DNA of 30,805 nt from Gammaproteobacteria bacterium (lineage in GTDB: Bacteria > Pseudomonadota > Gammaproteobacteria > JAKDMP01). Positions 29,141-30,805 of this stretch are shown in pieces. The first letter of the stretch is position 1. Every line of letters begins with the position of its first letter. The stretch is from NCBI GenBank assembly GCA_050738295.1, contig JBOHZI010000001.1, forward strand, positions 1-30,805, in the 5' to 3' direction. A model generated the notes under the pieces. That model was not told the origin of the DNA and made no database searches. It worked only from the letters and a program-made list of their open reading frames with translations. A program made the position numbers and the translations under genes.

Positions 29141-29390
29141 GTGGTCGCTCACGGCGAGCAAGGCGTTTCTCAAGCTTGACCTGGTTGAACGTCGGCGTAT
29201 TGCACAATACCTGCAACAGCGCGTGGCCGGGCTGGACGATCCGCGTCGTCTCGGCCGAGCACTCAAGGGAGAAAAACGGGGGATATGGCGTTATCGTGTA
29301 GGCGATTATCGGCTGCTGTGCCGAATCGAGGACGACAGGCTACGCATTCTCGTGTTAAAAATCGGACATCGCAGAGAGGTTTATCGCTGA
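29124..29390 (+). CDS. RelE/StbE-family toxin
   Basis: [11 protein letters not shown]...[10 protein letters not shown]...GHRREVYR. Confidence 0.92.
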   Translation: MTWRIEWSLTASKAFLKLDLVERRRIAQYLQQRVAGLDDPRRLGRALKGEKRGIWRYRVGDYRLLCRIEDDRLRILVLKIGHRREVYR

Positions 29391-29395
29391 AGGCC

Positions 29396-30805
29396 ATGAA
29401 GACCCAGGACATACGCCAGGCCTTTCTCGACTTTTTCGCCGAGCGCGAGCATCGCGTTGTGCCGTCGAGTTCGCTGGTGCCCGCGAACGACCCGACGCTG
29501 CTCTTTACCAACTCCGGCATGGTGCCGTTCAAGAACGCGTTCCTCGGCATCGAGAAATCCACCGCTCCGCGCGTCGTGGACGTACAGCGCTGCCTGCGTG
29601 CGGGCGGCAAGCACAACGATCTGGAAAACGTCGGCTACACGGCGCGTCACCACACCTTCTTCGAGATGCTCGGCAACTGGTCGTTCGGCGACTACTTCAA
29701 GCGCGAAGCCATAGCCTGGTCGTGGGAGCTGCTGACCGAGGTTTTCAAACTCCCGGCCGAAAAACTCTGGGTCACGGTGTATGCAACCGACGATGAGGCC
29801 TACGCCATCTGGAAGAACAAAGTCGGCGTGCCCGCTGAACGCATTGTCCGCATCGGCGACAACAAGGGCGCGCCGTATGCGAGCGACAATTTCTGGCAGA
29901 TGGCCGACACCGGTCCCTGCGGCCCATGCACGGAAATCTTCTACGACCACGGCCCCGAAATCGAAGGCGGACCGCCCGGTTCGCCGGACGAGGAAGGCGA
30001 CCGCTACATAGAAATCTGGAACCTCGTGTTCATGCAGTACGACCGCGACGCCGCGGGCACACTCACGCCGCTGCCGGCGCCGTGCGTCGATACCGGCATG
30101 GGCCTGGAACGTATCGCCGCCGTGCTCCAGGGCGTGCACTCGAACTACGAGATCGACTTGTTCCGAAACTTGATCGAGGCCGCCGCGAAAGCCGTCGGCA
30201 CGAAAGACGTGCACGCCAACTCGCTGCACGTCATTGCCGACCACATCCGCGCGACCGCATTCCTGATTGCCGACGGCGTGTTGCCCTCAAACGAAGGTCG
30301 CGGCTATGTGCTGCGCCGCATCATGCGCCGCGCCATCCGTCACGGCTACCAGCTCGGTCAGGACAAGCCTTTCTTCCACACCCTCGTCAAACCGCTGGTC
30401 GCCGAGATGGGCGAGGCCTATCCCGAACTGGCCAGGTCGGCGCGCGCCATCGAAAAAGCGATCCGCCAGGAAGAAGAACGTTTCGCGCAGACGCTCGGCC
30501 ACGGCATGCAGATACTCGAAGCCGACATCGTCGCCATGAAAGGCAAACAGATTCCCGGCGAAGTCGTGTTCAAGCTTTACGACACGTATGGTTTTCCCGC
30601 CGATCTCACCGCCGACCTTGCGCGCGAGCGTGGCCTCAGTGTGGACATGCCGGGCTTCGAGCGCGAGATGGACAAGCAGCGCAAACGCGCGCGTGCGGCG
30701 AGCCAGTTTGGTGCCGACTACAGTCGCAAGCTGGAAGTGGACGGAGCCACGGAATTTTCCGGCTACGAACGGACTGCTGAAAGCGCAAAGATCACGGCAC
30801 TGTTC
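29396..30805 (+). CDS. alaS: Alanine--tRNA ligase, 5' part (runs off window end)
   Basis: Manual translation [14 protein letters not shown]...[11 protein letters not shown]...[10 protein letters not shown]...DTGMGLER. Confidence 0.98.
   Translation, partial: MKTQDIRQAFLDFFAEREHRVVPSSSLVPANDPTLLFTNSGMVPFKNAFLGIEKSTAPRVVDVQRCLRAGGKHNDLENVGYTARHHTFFEMLGNWSFGDYFKREAIAWSWELLTEVFKLPAEKLWVTVYATDDEAYAIWKNKVGVPAERIVRIGDNKGAPYASDNFWQMADTGPCGPCTEIFYDHGPEIEGGPPGSPDEEGDRYIEIWNLVFMQYDRDAAGTLTPLPAPCVDTGMGLERIAAVLQGVHSNYEIDLFRNLIEAAAKAVGTKDVHANSLHVIADHIRATAFLIADGVLPSNEGRGYVLRRIMRRAIRHGYQLGQDKPFFHTLVKPLVAEMGEAYPELARSARAIEKAIRQEEERFAQTLGHGMQILEADIVAMKGKQIPGEVVFKLYDTYGFPADLTADLARERGLSVDMPGFEREMDKQRKRARAASQFGADYSRKLEVDGATEFSGYERTAESAKITALF

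Noticed and set aside
29381..30780. 287-aa (-) and 284-aa (+) ORFs
   Set aside because: Antisense and off-frame shadows of alaS, which is missing from the ORF track only because it is open-ended

Overview
GC-rich bacterial chromosome segment, most likely gammaproteobacterial (inferred from the dapF, priA, trmL, mutS and cinA-thpR-recA-recX-alaS backbone), interrupted by several accessory patches. The patches are: (1) an AT-richer restriction-modification pair, with an N6-adenine MTase carrying a fused HsdS-like domain convergent with a MamI/XmnI-like endonuclease, and two GAANNNNTTC palindromes bracketing the MTase promoter; (2) an orphan BrnA antitoxin with a decapitated brnT; (3) a run of small genes (VOC, VOC, GFA, DUF1801) separated by decayed integron attC sites, with no integrase in the window; (4) a methyltransferase / FAD-oxidoreductase / type III PKS cluster; (5) two paralogous relBE-type TA modules flanking the mutS-recX block; (6) a 265-bp TA-flanked MITE inserted in frame at codons 5-6 of mutS, carrying one UGA stop but also its own SD + GTG restart. 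A dRS3/REP-like doublet and a further structured intergenic element are also present. No rRNA, tRNA or CRISPR array was seen. Protein family calls come from motif recognition by eye, not from database searches.
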